Below, one piece after another: positions 25,604-35,911 of a stretch of DNA of 61,350 nt. Position 1 is the first letter of the stretch, and each line of letters begins with the position of its first letter. This DNA comes from Candidatus Moraniibacteriota bacterium (GTDB lineage: Bacteria > Patescibacteriota > Minisyncoccia > Moranbacterales > UBA1568): the NCBI GenBank assembly GCA_037133435.1, contig JBAXOD010000005.1:1-61350 (forward strand). Direction: 5' to 3'. The notes beneath the pieces are model-generated. The model saw only the letters and a list, made by a program, of their open reading frames with translations. It did not search any database and was not told the origin of the DNA. Position numbers and translations under genes: made by a program.

Positions 25604-26869
25604 TCAATCCATCGGGAGAAATTTCCGCAGCCATTCCTTTGTCGTTTTGAAGGAATGGGTCGCCCACTCCGGGAGTCTCTGATTTCCGCCGATATGGAAC
25701 CGTCCCTTTCCGGAATGCGTCCGTTCCTGCAACAAGAGCGCCAATCCCACCGCCGACGCGAAGTCCGGTCCGTCGACTTGATCGAGGATTCCTCCGAGCG
25801 GTTTCGGGTAGCCGACATGCGACGGGAGTCGGAGTGTCTCCTTGGCAAGTTCCACCGCGCCGGGCAAAAGCGCACCGCCTCCGCAGAGCACGACGCCCGC
25901 CGGCAACATCCCCTCACGTCCCGATGTGCGGAGCTCCTCGTTCACCAGATTGAATATCTCTTCCATCCGTGCCTGTATGATCTCGGCGACATGATGTCTC
26001 GACACCGATTCCGTCTCGTGCGGATCGAGCGTCGCAAGGTCGATCTCTTCACGTTTGCCGACTTCGGAAACCGACGCGGTCCCGAAGCGCAGTTTCACTT
26101 CTTCCGCCGTCTCGATGGAGACCCGGAGACCGATGGCGATGTCGTTGGTGATGTGCATTCCCCCGACCGGAAGCGCCGCCATATGGACGAGTTCACCCTC
26201 CTCGAACACGATGAGCGAGGTCGTACTTCCGCCGATGTCGATCAACACGACGCCGAGTTCCTTTTGTTTCGCGTTCAGTACGGACTCGGCCGCGAGGATC
26301 GGTTCGACGGCATACACGGACGGGGTCAGGCCGACGAGTTCGGCGATCCGCGTGAGACCCTTCATCTGCCGTATGCTCGTCCCGACGACGAACGCCTCCG
26401 CCTCGAGCCGGACGCCGCGCATGCCGATCGGATCCTTGATATTCGACTGGTCGTCGAGACGGTAGCTTTTGGGGATCACGTGCAGTACCTCGCGGTTTGC
26501 CGGAAGCAGCACGCGCGACTCCACTTCCTCCATCGCGCGTTCCACGTCGCTTTCGGAAACCTCGCCGTCCGAGCGTCCCACCGCGACCACCCCAAGCGCC
26601 TTCTGACAATAGATCTCGGTCCCGGAAACGCTGAAACCGACCGCGCGCGCCGCGCCGCCGGCCATCCGTTCCGCATGCTCGACCGCCTTCTCGACCGCCT
26701 TCGCGACCGCTTCGGGATCGACGACGCTCCCGCGACGCATCCCCTCGGACGGCATGGAGACGGCACCAAGAACCCGGAGCATGTCTTCGCCCGCGACTTC
26801 CTGCACCATGACGGCGCGGATATGCGAAGACCCGATATCGATAGCGAGCAGATTTTCCGTTTTTGACAT
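25604..26869 (-). CDS. ftsA: Cell division protein FtsA
   Basis: [23 protein letters not shown] and VLCGGGA. Confidence 0.97.
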   Translation of the reverse strand: MSKTENLLAIDIGSSHIRAVMVQEVAGEDMLRVLGAVSMPSEGMRRGSVVDPEAVAKAVEKAVEHAERMAGGAARAVGFSVSGTEIYCQKALGVVAVGRSDGEVSESDVERAMEEVESRVLLPANREVLHVIPKSYRLDDQSNIKDPIGMRGVRLEAEAFVVGTSIRQMKGLTRIAELVGLTPSVYAVEPILAAESVLNAKQKELGVVLIDIGGSTTSLIVFEEGELVHMAALPVGGMHITNDIAIGLRVSIETAEEVKLRFGTASVSEVGKREEIDLATLDPHETESVSRHHVAEIIQARMEEIFNLVNEELRTSGREGMLPAGVVLCGGGALLPGAVELAKETLRLPSHVGYPKPLGGILDQVDGPDFASAVGLALLLQERTHSGKGRFHIGGNQRLPEWATHSFKTTKEWLRKFLPMD

Positions 26870-27449
26870 ACAGACAAAGCCAAGGACTCACCCCGGAACG
26901 ACCGTTTCGTTGTTATGTCGCGTATTATACCCCGAAAACGACAAGAAGACAAAATGAAGGAGTGAGAAGTGAGGAGTGAGGAGTGAGGAGTGAGAAGTTT
27001 CGACGATAATCTAAAAAAGATACGTCAATCGCGAATATAAAAAAGAGAGTGAATGATGTGGTACTCCGGTCGATTTGACCACATCATCCCTCTCTTACCA
27101 ACTTTGCTATGGCGCACTCTTTAGCAGCTGGATTTTCTTGCCCTGTTATCCAACGAAACCACCAGACAGGCAGTTCACATCGGCGTCGACGGTTGTACGG
27201 TAACCGCCAACCTCTGGAGAACGTTTTCGCATACCAACCTCGCTTTTTTATTGGAAATCCCAGACAAGCTCCGGGCCGCTTGCAAACATTTTAAACAACA
27301 GATGATTGCCCGCATACTATATATTATGTCCGCTTCATGCGTCAAGATATCGGATATCCATGTCAACGGAAAAGACATAATCAAAAAAGCGACAGCCCGA
27401 TAACGGGGCCATCACTTCAAGGCTGATATGAAAAAAGGAGGATTGGAAA

Positions 27450-27809
27450 TCACGAAAACAGTGCGACGATATACGGACCGAAAATGATGATGCCGATGAC
27501 GGCCGCGGAAAAGGATACGAGAAGCACCGACCCGGCTGCAAGGTCCTTGATGATCTTCACCCGGGCATGAAACTGGGGGCTCAGCATGTCCATGAGGTGT
27601 TCGAAAGCCGTATTCATGAGCTCGAACGCAAGCACCGTACCGATGACCAGGCAGACGACGGTCCGCTCGACAGGTGACAACGGAAATATGACCGTCAATC
27701 CGATCGCAAGCACGGCCAAGAGAAGTTCGATGCGAAAGTTGCGCTCCGTCCGTGCGGCATGATGAATCCCGTCCACCGCGTGTCGGAAACTTTTCGAGAA
27801 TTTTTTCAT
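27450..27809 (-). CDS. dgkA: Diacylglycerol/undecaprenol kinase (DgkA family)
   Basis: ERNFRIE, ELMNTAFE and KIIKDLAAGSVL. Confidence 0.92.
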   Translation of the reverse strand: MKKFSKSFRHAVDGIHHAARTERNFRIELLLAVLAIGLTVIFPLSPVERTVVCLVIGTVLAFELMNTAFEHLMDMLSPQFHARVKIIKDLAAGSVLLVSFSAAVIGIIIFGPYIVALFS

Positions 27810-27838
27810 AGAAAAAATAAATGTGATCGTTTCATTCA

Positions 27839-28147
27839 TTAATCATCAAGGAGGAGCTCTATCTGTTGGATGAGAAAATCGATATGGATTCTCGTCACAT
27901 TGTCGCCATCCTCTTCGTAGATCCGTACACCGCTTCCGAGCAACGTCGTCTTTACAGACTCGTCGATATCCGAACGCTCGATTGCCTGACAGAGATCCGA
28001 CAATGCGCCGACCATGTCATTCTCAGCGAGACTTTTCTCTGCACACGAGACGATGGATGTGACTGCTTCGGAAACATGTTTCGGGTCCGCATTGAAATTC
28101 CCCGACTCAAGGATATTCATAGCATGCATATACGATGACCGCATCAC
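27839..28147 (-). CDS. Hypothetical acidic protein
   Basis: An ORF fills the gap between ybeY and dgkA. The start is uncertain. Confidence 0.55.
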   Translation of the reverse strand: MMRSSYMHAMNILESGNFNADPKHVSEAVTSIVSCAEKSLAENDMVGALSDLCQAIERSDIDESVKTTLLGSGVRIYEEDGDNVTRIHIDFLIQQIELLLDD

Positions 28148-28195
28148 CTTTGGACAGTATATGACTTTTTCCTATCTTGATGCAATGATGGTCTG

Positions 28196-28645
28196 TTATC
28201 GGCTCACTTTTTCCGTCACGTCGTCTTGGATCCGAAACATCTCGGGCGAATGATCGAGACCCAAGAGGTGCAGGATGCCGTGCGAACACACGAATGCGAG
28301 TTCCTTCCTGAACGGAACGCTGTCCCCTTCCGCCGCTCGGGCGACGAAGTCCGGCGCGATCACGAGATCGCCGAGAAACACCGCGCCCGTCCCGTCGGGA
28401 CGTATTTCCTCCCCATCATACTCCGCGAACGAAAGCACGTCGGTCGGCGCGTCCTTTCCGCGATACGTCCGGTTGAGTTCGCGGATTTCCGAATCGGAAA
28501 CAAGCGCGATGCCGACTCCGACCCGCGAAGAAACAGAAAGAGACGGGATCCCGCTTCGGGAAACCGTCTCTTTCACGACCGCGAGGAGGAGGTCGTCCTC
28601 CGCCTCGCAGTCCGCATTCCTCACGATGTCGATGTCGAATTCCAT
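28196..28645 (-). CDS. ybeY: rRNA maturation RNase YbeY
   Basis: LNRTYRGKDAPTDVLSF and HGILHLLGLDH. Confidence 0.96.
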   Translation of the reverse strand: MEFDIDIVRNADCEAEDDLLLAVVKETVSRSGIPSLSVSSRVGVGIALVSDSEIRELNRTYRGKDAPTDVLSFAEYDGEEIRPDGTGAVFLGDLVIAPDFVARAAEGDSVPFRKELAFVCSHGILHLLGLDHSPEMFRIQDDVTEKVSR

Positions 28646-28649
28646 GGGA

Positions 28650-29102
28650 CTATGCAAGCGCTTCTTCCACGAACGGTTTGATCGCGTTTCCGTCGGCACG
28701 TCCGGCCGCCTTCTTCACCGCGGCACCCATCAGCTTCCCGAAGTCCGCTTTCGAGGACGCGCCGGTCTCGATCTTGGCATCCGCGACGATCGCGCGCAGC
28801 TCGTCTTCCGAAAGGGCGACGGGCAGATACGACTCGAGGATGGCGAGTTCCCGTTCTTCCTTCTCGGCGAGGTCGGCCCGTCCGCCCGCACGATATCCTT
28901 CCGCACTCTCGCGACGCTGCTTGCAGAGCCGGCGCACGATCGCGGTCACTTCCGCTTCCGCAAGTTCGGCCACCGGCTTGCGCAGCTCGATCGACTCGTT
29001 CTTGAGCGCGCTTTCCAGCATGCGCAGCGTATCGCGCCGTTCGGTCTCGCCGGACTTCATCGCCGAGATAAGGTCCGTATGTATCTGTTCGAAGGGTGCC
29101 AT
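28650..29102 (-). CDS. GatB/YqeY domain protein
   Basis: KQRRESAEGYRAGGRADLAEKE and ADFGKLMG. Confidence 0.93.
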   Translation of the reverse strand: MAPFEQIHTDLISAMKSGETERRDTLRMLESALKNESIELRKPVAELAEAEVTAIVRRLCKQRRESAEGYRAGGRADLAEKEERELAILESYLPVALSEDELRAIVADAKIETGASSKADFGKLMGAAVKKAAGRADGNAIKPFVEEALA

Positions 29103-29111
29103 AGCGTTCAT

Positions 29112-29369
29112 TTAGGAACGGTTCATCTTTTTCTTGATCTCCTTGAGCGAATCGTCGTCGAAACTGCCGAATTTCTTCGCGCGGTCGATTTCCTTGCGGA
29201 TCTTCGTCTTGTAGATCGCCTCGTTACGACGCTCGGACTTGCTCTTCTCGTCGTTTCGGAACCGTATGCGCCGGGCGCGCTTCAGGATGCCGCTCTGATG
29301 GACACGACGAGAAAAACGACGGAGCATGCTCTCCGAGGTCTCTTTCTCCTTTCTCTTTACCTGTATCAT
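29112..29369 (-). CDS. rpsU: 30S ribosomal protein S21
   Basis: MIQVKRKEKETSESMLRRFSRRV. GGAGG SD upstream. Confidence 0.88.
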   Translation of the reverse strand: MIQVKRKEKETSESMLRRFSRRVHQSGILKRARRIRFRNDEKSKSERRNEAIYKTKIRKEIDRAKKFGSFDDDSLKEIKKKMNRS

Positions 29370-29456
29370 AGTATCCAACCTCCTTTCCTCGTGATCCGGT
29401 TCAAAATCCCCCCTTCGCTTCGGCCCCTACGGGCGTTTCCTGATATGTGATTGACC

Positions 29457-29816
29457 TTATTGAAGCTCTTTCGCGGGTCGTATGTCTTCCGCAAGCTGTG
29501 CCCCGCCGATGAGGTGCAGATGGATATGCGGTATTTCCTGCCCACCGTCATGACCGACCCGATACAGCAGTTTATACCCTTTCTCGGAAATATTCAAGTT
29601 CCTGGCGATATCGCGTGCCGCGAGCGCCATTTTTCCCATCAATGCCCCGTCTCCGTCCTCCAGGTCGTTTATCGAGGCGATGCGCTTCTTGGGAATGATG
29701 AGTATGTGGACCGGTGCGAGCGGATGGATATCGTGGAATGCCAGAATCTCATCCGTCTCAAGGACGATGTCGGCGGGAATTTCCTTGCGGATGATCCGAT
29801 CGAACACGGTTTCCAT
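29457..29816 (-). CDS. HIT family nucleotide-binding protein
   Basis: GGQEIPHIHLHLIGG. Confidence 0.96.
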   Translation of the reverse strand: METVFDRIIRKEIPADIVLETDEILAFHDIHPLAPVHILIIPKKRIASINDLEDGDGALMGKMALAARDIARNLNISEKGYKLLYRVGHDGGQEIPHIHLHLIGGAQLAEDIRPAKELQ

Positions 29817-29825
29817 AGGAGGTTC

Positions 29826-31247
29826 TCAGATCTTCTTGGGGTGCACGAGCGTCACGTTCGCCTTCAGGATCTTCTTCACCGCGTCGACGAGCTTCTCGCG
29901 TGTCACGGTCTCTTGTGTTCCGGATACCATATCCTTCACGATGGCGGTATCGTCGAGCGCTTCCTTCTGTCCGAGGATGACCGTCACTTCGGATCCGAGC
30001 CGGTTCGCGACGCGAAGCTGCGCCTTCAGGCTTCCGCGACCGAAACTTTCCGCCGCCAAAATACCGTGCTTCTCCAGATCGGAAAACAGCCGGAGACTCT
30101 TTTTCTTCGCGAGATCGCCGAGCTGGGCGATAAACACTCGGGGCTTCGCCGCCTCATAGGGACGCACCTGCATACGCTTCATCTCGAGCACGATCCGGTC
30201 GAGACCGAGGGCGAACCCGATGGCCGGGGTCGATTCCCCGCCGAGCTCGCGGATCAGTCCGTCGTACCGGCCACCACCACCGAGCGCGTACTTCTTGCCC
30301 TCGCGATCCGAAGACCAGATCTCGAAGACGGTCCGGGTGTAATAGTCGAGTCCGCGCACGAGACGCGTATTGATGGAATACGGGATCTCGAGCTCGTCGA
30401 GATACTCCAGAAGCGACTTGAAGTGGGCGCGGCTTTCGTCGTCGAGGAAATCGATCGCCTGCGGCGCGGCGGCGGTCAGCTGCATGCATTTGTCTTCCTT
30501 GCAGTCGAGCGTCCGCATCGGATTCGTCACGAGCCGCTCACGGCAGTTCTGGCAGAGCTTCTGCTTCTGCGACTCGAGGAACCGGACGAGCGCCTTCTCG
30601 TATCGTTTCCGTGATTCGGGCGACCCGATGGAGTTCACCTGGAATTCGATATTCTTGAGTCCGAGTTCCTGCACCACGCGATAGGCGAGCTGGATGACCT
30701 GCGCGTCGAGGATCGGATCGTCCTCACCGTAGATCTCGAAGTTCCCCTGCCACAGTTCACGATACCGGCCTTCCTGCGGTCGATCATACCGGAACACGGG
30801 ACCCATGGAGAACAGTCGGATCGGCTTCGGCAGGACACTCATGCCGTGCTGGATATAAGCGCGCGCCACCCCGGCCGAAAACTCGGGCCGCAACGCGACA
30901 CGGTCGCCTCCGCGCGTCTCGAACGAATAGATCTCCTTGTCGATGATGTCCGTTCCGGCCTTGATCGAACGGATATAGAGATGCAGATATTCCACGGTCG
31001 GGACGTCGATGCGCTGGAATCCGTATTCCTGTGCGGCGTTGGAAAGGCTCCGGCGCACCCGCTCCCAATACGGCTGTTCGTCCGGCAAGATATCGCGCAT
31101 CCCGCGAAGGGACTGCAGGAGGATCTCCTTCTCGGAAACGATCGATGAGGACGGGGTCGATACTTTCTTCGCGGCCGGTTGTACGGACGGCTTCTTCGTC
31201 GGCTTCGCCACACTCTTGTTCTGTGCTTGCGGTTTCTTCTGCGTCAT
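29826..31247 (-). CDS. hisS: Histidine--tRNA ligase
   Basis: RGMRDILP, FRYDRPQEGRYRE, LVRGLDYY and GGGRYDGL. Confidence 0.98.
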   Translation of the reverse strand: MTQKKPQAQNKSVAKPTKKPSVQPAAKKVSTPSSSIVSEKEILLQSLRGMRDILPDEQPYWERVRRSLSNAAQEYGFQRIDVPTVEYLHLYIRSIKAGTDIIDKEIYSFETRGGDRVALRPEFSAGVARAYIQHGMSVLPKPIRLFSMGPVFRYDRPQEGRYRELWQGNFEIYGEDDPILDAQVIQLAYRVVQELGLKNIEFQVNSIGSPESRKRYEKALVRFLESQKQKLCQNCRERLVTNPMRTLDCKEDKCMQLTAAAPQAIDFLDDESRAHFKSLLEYLDELEIPYSINTRLVRGLDYYTRTVFEIWSSDREGKKYALGGGGRYDGLIRELGGESTPAIGFALGLDRIVLEMKRMQVRPYEAAKPRVFIAQLGDLAKKKSLRLFSDLEKHGILAAESFGRGSLKAQLRVANRLGSEVTVILGQKEALDDTAIVKDMVSGTQETVTREKLVDAVKKILKANVTLVHPKKI

Positions 31248-31271
31248 AAGGGGGCATTAATGCGATACGGA

Positions 31272-31913
31272 TCAACGGAACCAGCTGGCATGTGTGAGCG
31301 GCCAGGCGCGCAAGAGCACGTGACCCACGATAGCCTCTTTCCCGACCGGTCCGAAGATACGGGAATCGAGACTGTTCATCCGGTTGTCACCGAGCAGGAA
31401 ATACTGGTTGTCGCCGAGCGTGATCGGCTTGGTATCCGTCGTCACGACCGAAGGGGCGAGATAGGCGCTCTCGTCGAGCGTGAAACCGTCCGGATGTCCC
31501 GCGTTCGTCACGATGATTTTCGAATTCCGTACCTCGACCGTCTCACCGGGAAGCCCGATGACGCGTTTGATCAGATACTGTCCCGCCGTCCGGGGCGAAT
31601 GGAACACGACCGTTTCCTGCCGGGTGAGGTCCCGGAACGGCATGACGGAAAACAGCGTCCGATCGCCGATTGCCAGCACGGTTTCCTTGTATCCGAACTC
31701 GTTCACGATCAGGTACTCCCCGTTCTCGAAGTTGGGCATCATGCTGGCGCCCTCCACGAAGAACGGCTGGAAGAGAAAGGTACGAACTGGTATGATGATG
31801 ACGGCCGCAAGGAGAAAAATCTTGACCATCTCGAAAAAGAACTGTCCCGCTGAAAGATCGTCGGCTTCGTCGCGACGGGGCGACGGCGTTCCGGCCGGTG
31901 AAGACATAGGCAT
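31272..31913 (-). CDS. lepB: Signal peptidase I
   Basis: VEGASMMPNF, IKRVIGLPG and GDNRMNSLDSR. Confidence 0.96.
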   Translation of the reverse strand: MPMSSPAGTPSPRRDEADDLSAGQFFFEMVKIFLLAAVIIIPVRTFLFQPFFVEGASMMPNFENGEYLIVNEFGYKETVLAIGDRTLFSVMPFRDLTRQETVVFHSPRTAGQYLIKRVIGLPGETVEVRNSKIIVTNAGHPDGFTLDESAYLAPSVVTTDTKPITLGDNQYFLLGDNRMNSLDSRIFGPVGKEAIVGHVLLRAWPLTHASWFR

Positions 31914-32035
31914 GTTCGTGGAGCGGTTGCTCCAGATTACAAGAAATTCCACAATAAACAGTACGATTCTAACACGATTCCATCGTCAAATCAAGCGGGA
32001 AAAAATGCCCGATGGAAGCCGAAAAAGGAAAAATT

Positions 32036-33481
32036 ATGCGTTACCCGGGATTCAAGACCGTCGCCATCGTCGCCATTGCCGTTATCTTGCTTTTCGGCGG
32101 ATTCATCGGCTGGAAGATTTTCAGTACCGCCAAAAAGATCTCCATAGGAAACGACGACGCGAATTCGCATGCCCTCTCGGATATTCTCCCGGGCGGCGCC
32201 CACGATCCCCTTCGCGGTGAGCAAAACGGCCGGATCAACATCCTCCTCCTCGGCCGGGCCGGCGCGCACTACCCCGGCCAAAACCTGACCGACACCATCA
32301 TGCTCGCGAGTATCGACCTTGCGAGCAAGCGGACCGCGTTCTTCTCCATACCGCGCGACCTGTTCGTCCCGATCCCGGGCACGAACCTGTCCACCAAGAT
32401 AAACTCGCTCTACCAGCAGGGTCTCTCGCGCGGGGAAGACGCACAGACGATCGTCCGATCGATGGAGGACATCACGGGACAGGATATCCCGTATTACGTC
32501 ATCTTGGATTTCGACGGCTTCGAGAAGATCATCGACGAGGTGGGCGGCGTGACCGTCTTGTCCGAACGCGATATACTCGACACCCGCTATCCCGGCAAGA
32601 ACTACAGCTACGAGACGTTCCAGATGTCGGCCGGCTGGCATACGCTCGACGGCGCGACCGCGCTCAAGTACGCGCGCGAACGGCATGACGATCCGCAGGG
32701 CGATTTCGGTCGGGCAAAACGCCAGCAGCAGATCATCAAGGCGTTCCAGGAAAAGGTATTGTCCGCCGGCACGCTCCTCAACGCCGTCACCGTAAACCGC
32801 ATGCTCGACACGCTCGGCGAAAGCGTCAAGACGAACCTCTCCGTGACCGAAATGATGAGTCTCGCCGATCTCGTGAAGACCGTCGACTTGCGGAACGCGT
32901 CCACGGTCGTCGTGGATGCCTGGAAACCCACGAGCCTCCTGCGGGTCTCGCACGTCGACGTGGGCGGCATCCAGGCGTTCATACTGCTGCCGCGTACCGG
33001 CAACTGGAACGAGGTCCGCGACCTGGCCTCGCACGTCTTCGAACAAGACGCCATCGCGAAGCGCCGCGACGCGATCACGCAGGAATCACCCTCGATCCTG
33101 ATTGTCTCGCGACCACCGGACGCCCAGGTCGCCAAGCGGCTCGCACAGGCACTCAAAGATACCATACCCGGAGGAACGATCGACACGCTGACGAATGCCG
33201 CGACTCCCGAGCGTGACAAGAGCGGCATAGCGACCGAGGGCGGCGCCGAAAAATTCCAGACACAGGATGAACTGCTCCGGCTGTACCAGCTGGAACGTCT
33301 TTCATCCGTACCGTCGCAGTTCGGAACCGCCGACAAGGTGAAAACGTCCGATTTCGTCATCGTCCTCGGCAAGGATATGGACAAGATGCTCCTTTCCGAA
33401 GACGCCACCACCACCGAAAACGGACATGACCTGCCGGAAATCGATCCCTTCTCCGAATACTTCCCGCCACAGGCACGATGA
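32036..33481 (+). CDS. LCP (LytR-CpsA-Psr) family protein
   Basis: Single transmembrane segment, TDTIML, SIPRDL and DFGRAKRQQ. Confidence 0.93.
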   Translation: MRYPGFKTVAIVAIAVILLFGGFIGWKIFSTAKKISIGNDDANSHALSDILPGGAHDPLRGEQNGRINILLLGRAGAHYPGQNLTDTIMLASIDLASKRTAFFSIPRDLFVPIPGTNLSTKINSLYQQGLSRGEDAQTIVRSMEDITGQDIPYYVILDFDGFEKIIDEVGGVTVLSERDILDTRYPGKNYSYETFQMSAGWHTLDGATALKYARERHDDPQGDFGRAKRQQQIIKAFQEKVLSAGTLLNAVTVNRMLDTLGESVKTNLSVTEMMSLADLVKTVDLRNASTVVVDAWKPTSLLRVSHVDVGGIQAFILLPRTGNWNEVRDLASHVFEQDAIAKRRDAITQESPSILIVSRPPDAQVAKRLAQALKDTIPGGTIDTLTNAATPERDKSGIATEGGAEKFQTQDELLRLYQLERLSSVPSQFGTADKVKTSDFVIVLGKDMDKMLLSEDATTTENGHDLPEIDPFSEYFPPQAR

Positions 33482-33625
33482 ACAGGCAACAGAGAACATC
33501 GAACAATCAATAGAAAGAACACGTTAACTCGTTAACCCGTTAACTGATTAACGTCAGGAAAAGCGGAAGAAACTTGGCCGCAGAACCGGTAACGATGGTA
33601 TGATATTCTTGTAACGAAACAATTT

Positions 33626-34147
33626 ATGATTCTCATCGTCGGACTCGGAAATCCCGGAAAGCAATATGAACGGACCCGCCACAATGTCGGATTCGCGTTT
33701 CTCGATTTTCTCGCGACGTCATGGGGATTCCCCTCGTTCGAACAGTCTCCGAAGTGGAAAGGATCGGTCTCGGCCGGTACGCGTGACGGACAAAAAGTCA
33801 TTCTCCTCAAACCCGAGACATTCATGAACCGTTCCGGCGAGTCGGTATCGGCCCTCATGTCGTTCTTCAAACTCACGTCGGAAGCTCTTACCGTCATCCA
33901 TGACGACCTCGACATCGCGGCTGGAACGTTCAAGATCGCGAAGGGTTCAGGAGCCGCCGGGCACAACGGCGTCGCGGACCTGATCGGCAAACTCGGCACC
34001 AAGGACTTCACGCGTATCCGCATCGGCATCGGCCGCCCGCCCGAAAACGTCCCCGCCGACGCTTTCGTTCTCTCGCCATTCTCGGATGAGGAATATGAAT
34101 CGCTTCGGGAGACGTTTGCCGATATTGAGAAGACATTGAAATCCTAG
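33626..34147 (+). CDS. pth: Peptidyl-tRNA hydrolase
   Basis: VGLGNPG, TRHNVG, KPETFMNRSG and GHNG. Confidence 0.97.
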   Translation: MILIVGLGNPGKQYERTRHNVGFAFLDFLATSWGFPSFEQSPKWKGSVSAGTRDGQKVILLKPETFMNRSGESVSALMSFFKLTSEALTVIHDDLDIAAGTFKIAKGSGAAGHNGVADLIGKLGTKDFTRIRIGIGRPPENVPADAFVLSPFSDEEYESLRETFADIEKTLKS

Positions 34148-34169
34148 AAAACATTTGATTCCTACTATT

Positions 34170-35053
34170 CCCAATCCCCCTCAGTCCCCCTTTGGGCCAA
34201 AGGGGGAAGTAATATATATGTATGCCCGGTGATATACTTTGGAAAACGTCATAAGACCGCTCTCTCCCATTGTCCCAAGGGGAGAGATATTCATGTCATT
34301 CGCGAACGATGAGGCAGGAGGGGTTGGAATAGAATACTATACGATAAGAATAAACAACGCTTCCTATCCCAATATCCCTGATTCCTTACTCAGACGGAAC
34401 CAGTCCCTCTTCGGGTCAAAGAGGGAAACTCGGGATACTATACCATCGAAAACAGAACGTTCTCTCCCCTTGTCCCAAGGGGAGGACAGGAGGGGTTGGA
34501 GGAAAGGAAAGTTACGAAAGAAAATATCGAAGACCTATGCCAGCCGACAGGAAAACGATCCTGAAGTCTCGCGCGCGAACGCTTCGAAAAACCATGACCG
34601 AAGCGGAAATTCGGATATGGAACCGGCTTCGGAGAAGACAGATCAACGGGCTCCGTTTTCTCCGCCAACATCCGCTCGGGAAATATATCGTCGACTTCTA
34701 CTGCCCATCCGAAAAGCTCGCCATCGAAATCGATGGCGGCCAACATTACGAATCCGGAGAAAGCGTCGACAAGGATCGTGAGCGCGACGACTTTCTGTTC
34801 CGCGAATACGGTACCCGCACCCTCCGGTTCACGAACACCGACGTCATGCAAAACATGGCTTCCGTCATTGATCGGATTCTCGAGGAGAGTCTGTAAATTA
34901 GCCATCTTACACGCCTCTACTGAACCCAATCCCCCTCAGTCCCCCTTTGGGCCAAAGGGGGAGGTTATACAAGTATGCCATGCGATATTCTTTGGAAGAC
35001 GCAATAACCACGTTCTTTCCTCTTGTCTCAAGGGGAGAGACAGAGAAGGGTTA
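34170..35053. repeat. BIME/REP-like array of three A...B inverted palindrome pairs around the DUF559 gene
   Basis: A 38-bp A element is identical at 34170-34207 and 34925-34962, with a degenerate copy at about 34400-34426. B elements lie at 34261-34327, 34461-34500 and 35013-35053. Confidence 0.9.
34537..34896 (+). CDS. DUF559 (Vsr-like) endonuclease domain protein
   Basis: RARTLRKTMTEAEIRIW, FLRQHPLGKYIVDFYC, AIEIDGGQH and LRFTN. Confidence 0.95.
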   Translation: MPADRKTILKSRARTLRKTMTEAEIRIWNRLRRRQINGLRFLRQHPLGKYIVDFYCPSEKLAIEIDGGQHYESGESVDKDRERDDFLFREYGTRTLRFTNTDVMQNMASVIDRILEESL

Positions 35054-35144
35054 GAAGAAAAGAAAGTCTCAAAAAACAACGGGACCTAATCGCGCACAGC
35101 AAAAAAAAGCTTACTGAGCGAAAAGAGTAGAAATGCCCTTATTC

Positions 35145-35792
35145 TTACGCACCCGCCACTTCCGGTGTGTTCCTCGGCTCAAGTATCTTCGTTTTCATCA
35201 CTTCGCACATCCTATCAATAATCGCCTGCTTGATTTCCTCTATGTCTTCAGTCGTAATTTGAAGAAAGTCCAATTCATAAATTCTTAATTCTCCGGCCGA
35301 CGGGGAGTCCACGTAAATTTCATCCTTGCCATCATGTATATTTATTTTGTGGTTGTCTCCTAGCTTGATCGCAGAATCGTCAAACATATCTTTTCTAGGA
35401 GCATTCACTTTACCCTCTCCGAATATGCCGTAGATGTAATGCTGCAGTCTTTTCTCAAGCAACTCTTCCTTATAATCCTTACTTTCATCTTTCGGCCACA
35501 CGAACCGATAAAGCTTGTCATCATTTTTAGGATCTTCAAATAAGGTCCTCATCTCGTTCGGTTCCGATAACAACTCCAGATAAATCTTTTCTGAAATCGC
35601 CTCCATGATTTCCCTTTCGTGGGTATCGCTAATTTCTTTGATCTGTTTATCCGTCACTCTAAGCCTCGGTTCAGTAGATTCATCATCCCGTACATACTCC
35701 GCACCCCCTTTGACCAGCCCATGGTCAGACACTTTCCGTTGAGCTTCCATAGCCAACTGTTCCGGCGTCACCATCGAAATATTCTCTTTCAT
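35145..35792 (-). CDS. Hypothetical acidic protein, AT-rich
   Basis: 215-aa ORF with an upstream promoter. Confidence 0.75.
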   Translation of the reverse strand: MKENISMVTPEQLAMEAQRKVSDHGLVKGGAEYVRDDESTEPRLRVTDKQIKEISDTHEREIMEAISEKIYLELLSEPNEMRTLFEDPKNDDKLYRFVWPKDESKDYKEELLEKRLQHYIYGIFGEGKVNAPRKDMFDDSAIKLGDNHKINIHDGKDEIYVDSPSAGELRIYELDFLQITTEDIEEIKQAIIDRMCEVMKTKILEPRNTPEVAGA

Positions 35793-35829
35793 ATATGCGC
35801 GATTGTTATCGGAAACGGATTACACCCTC

Positions 35830-35860
35830 ATTCTACCCCCCCCCATCATATGACGGTCAA
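35830..35860 (-). promoter_or_regulatory. sigma70 promoter with a G9 tract in the spacer
   Basis: TTGACC-N19-TAGAAT. The C9 run on the plus strand is at 35836-35844. Confidence 0.65.
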
Positions 35861-35862
35861 AT

Positions 35863-35887
35863 AAAAACCTCCGCCGTAGCGGAGGTT
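35863..35887 (-). terminator. Intrinsic terminator
   Basis: AACCTCCGC-N4-GCGGAGGTT followed by a U tract on the minus strand. Confidence 0.75.
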
Positions 35888-35911
35888 ATGTACGATATCA
35901 GTTGATAGAAT

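Noticed and set aside
25407-25667. N-terminal extension of FtsZ
   Set aside because: It overlaps ftsA and contains the ftsZ promoter (TTGACA...TACAGT).
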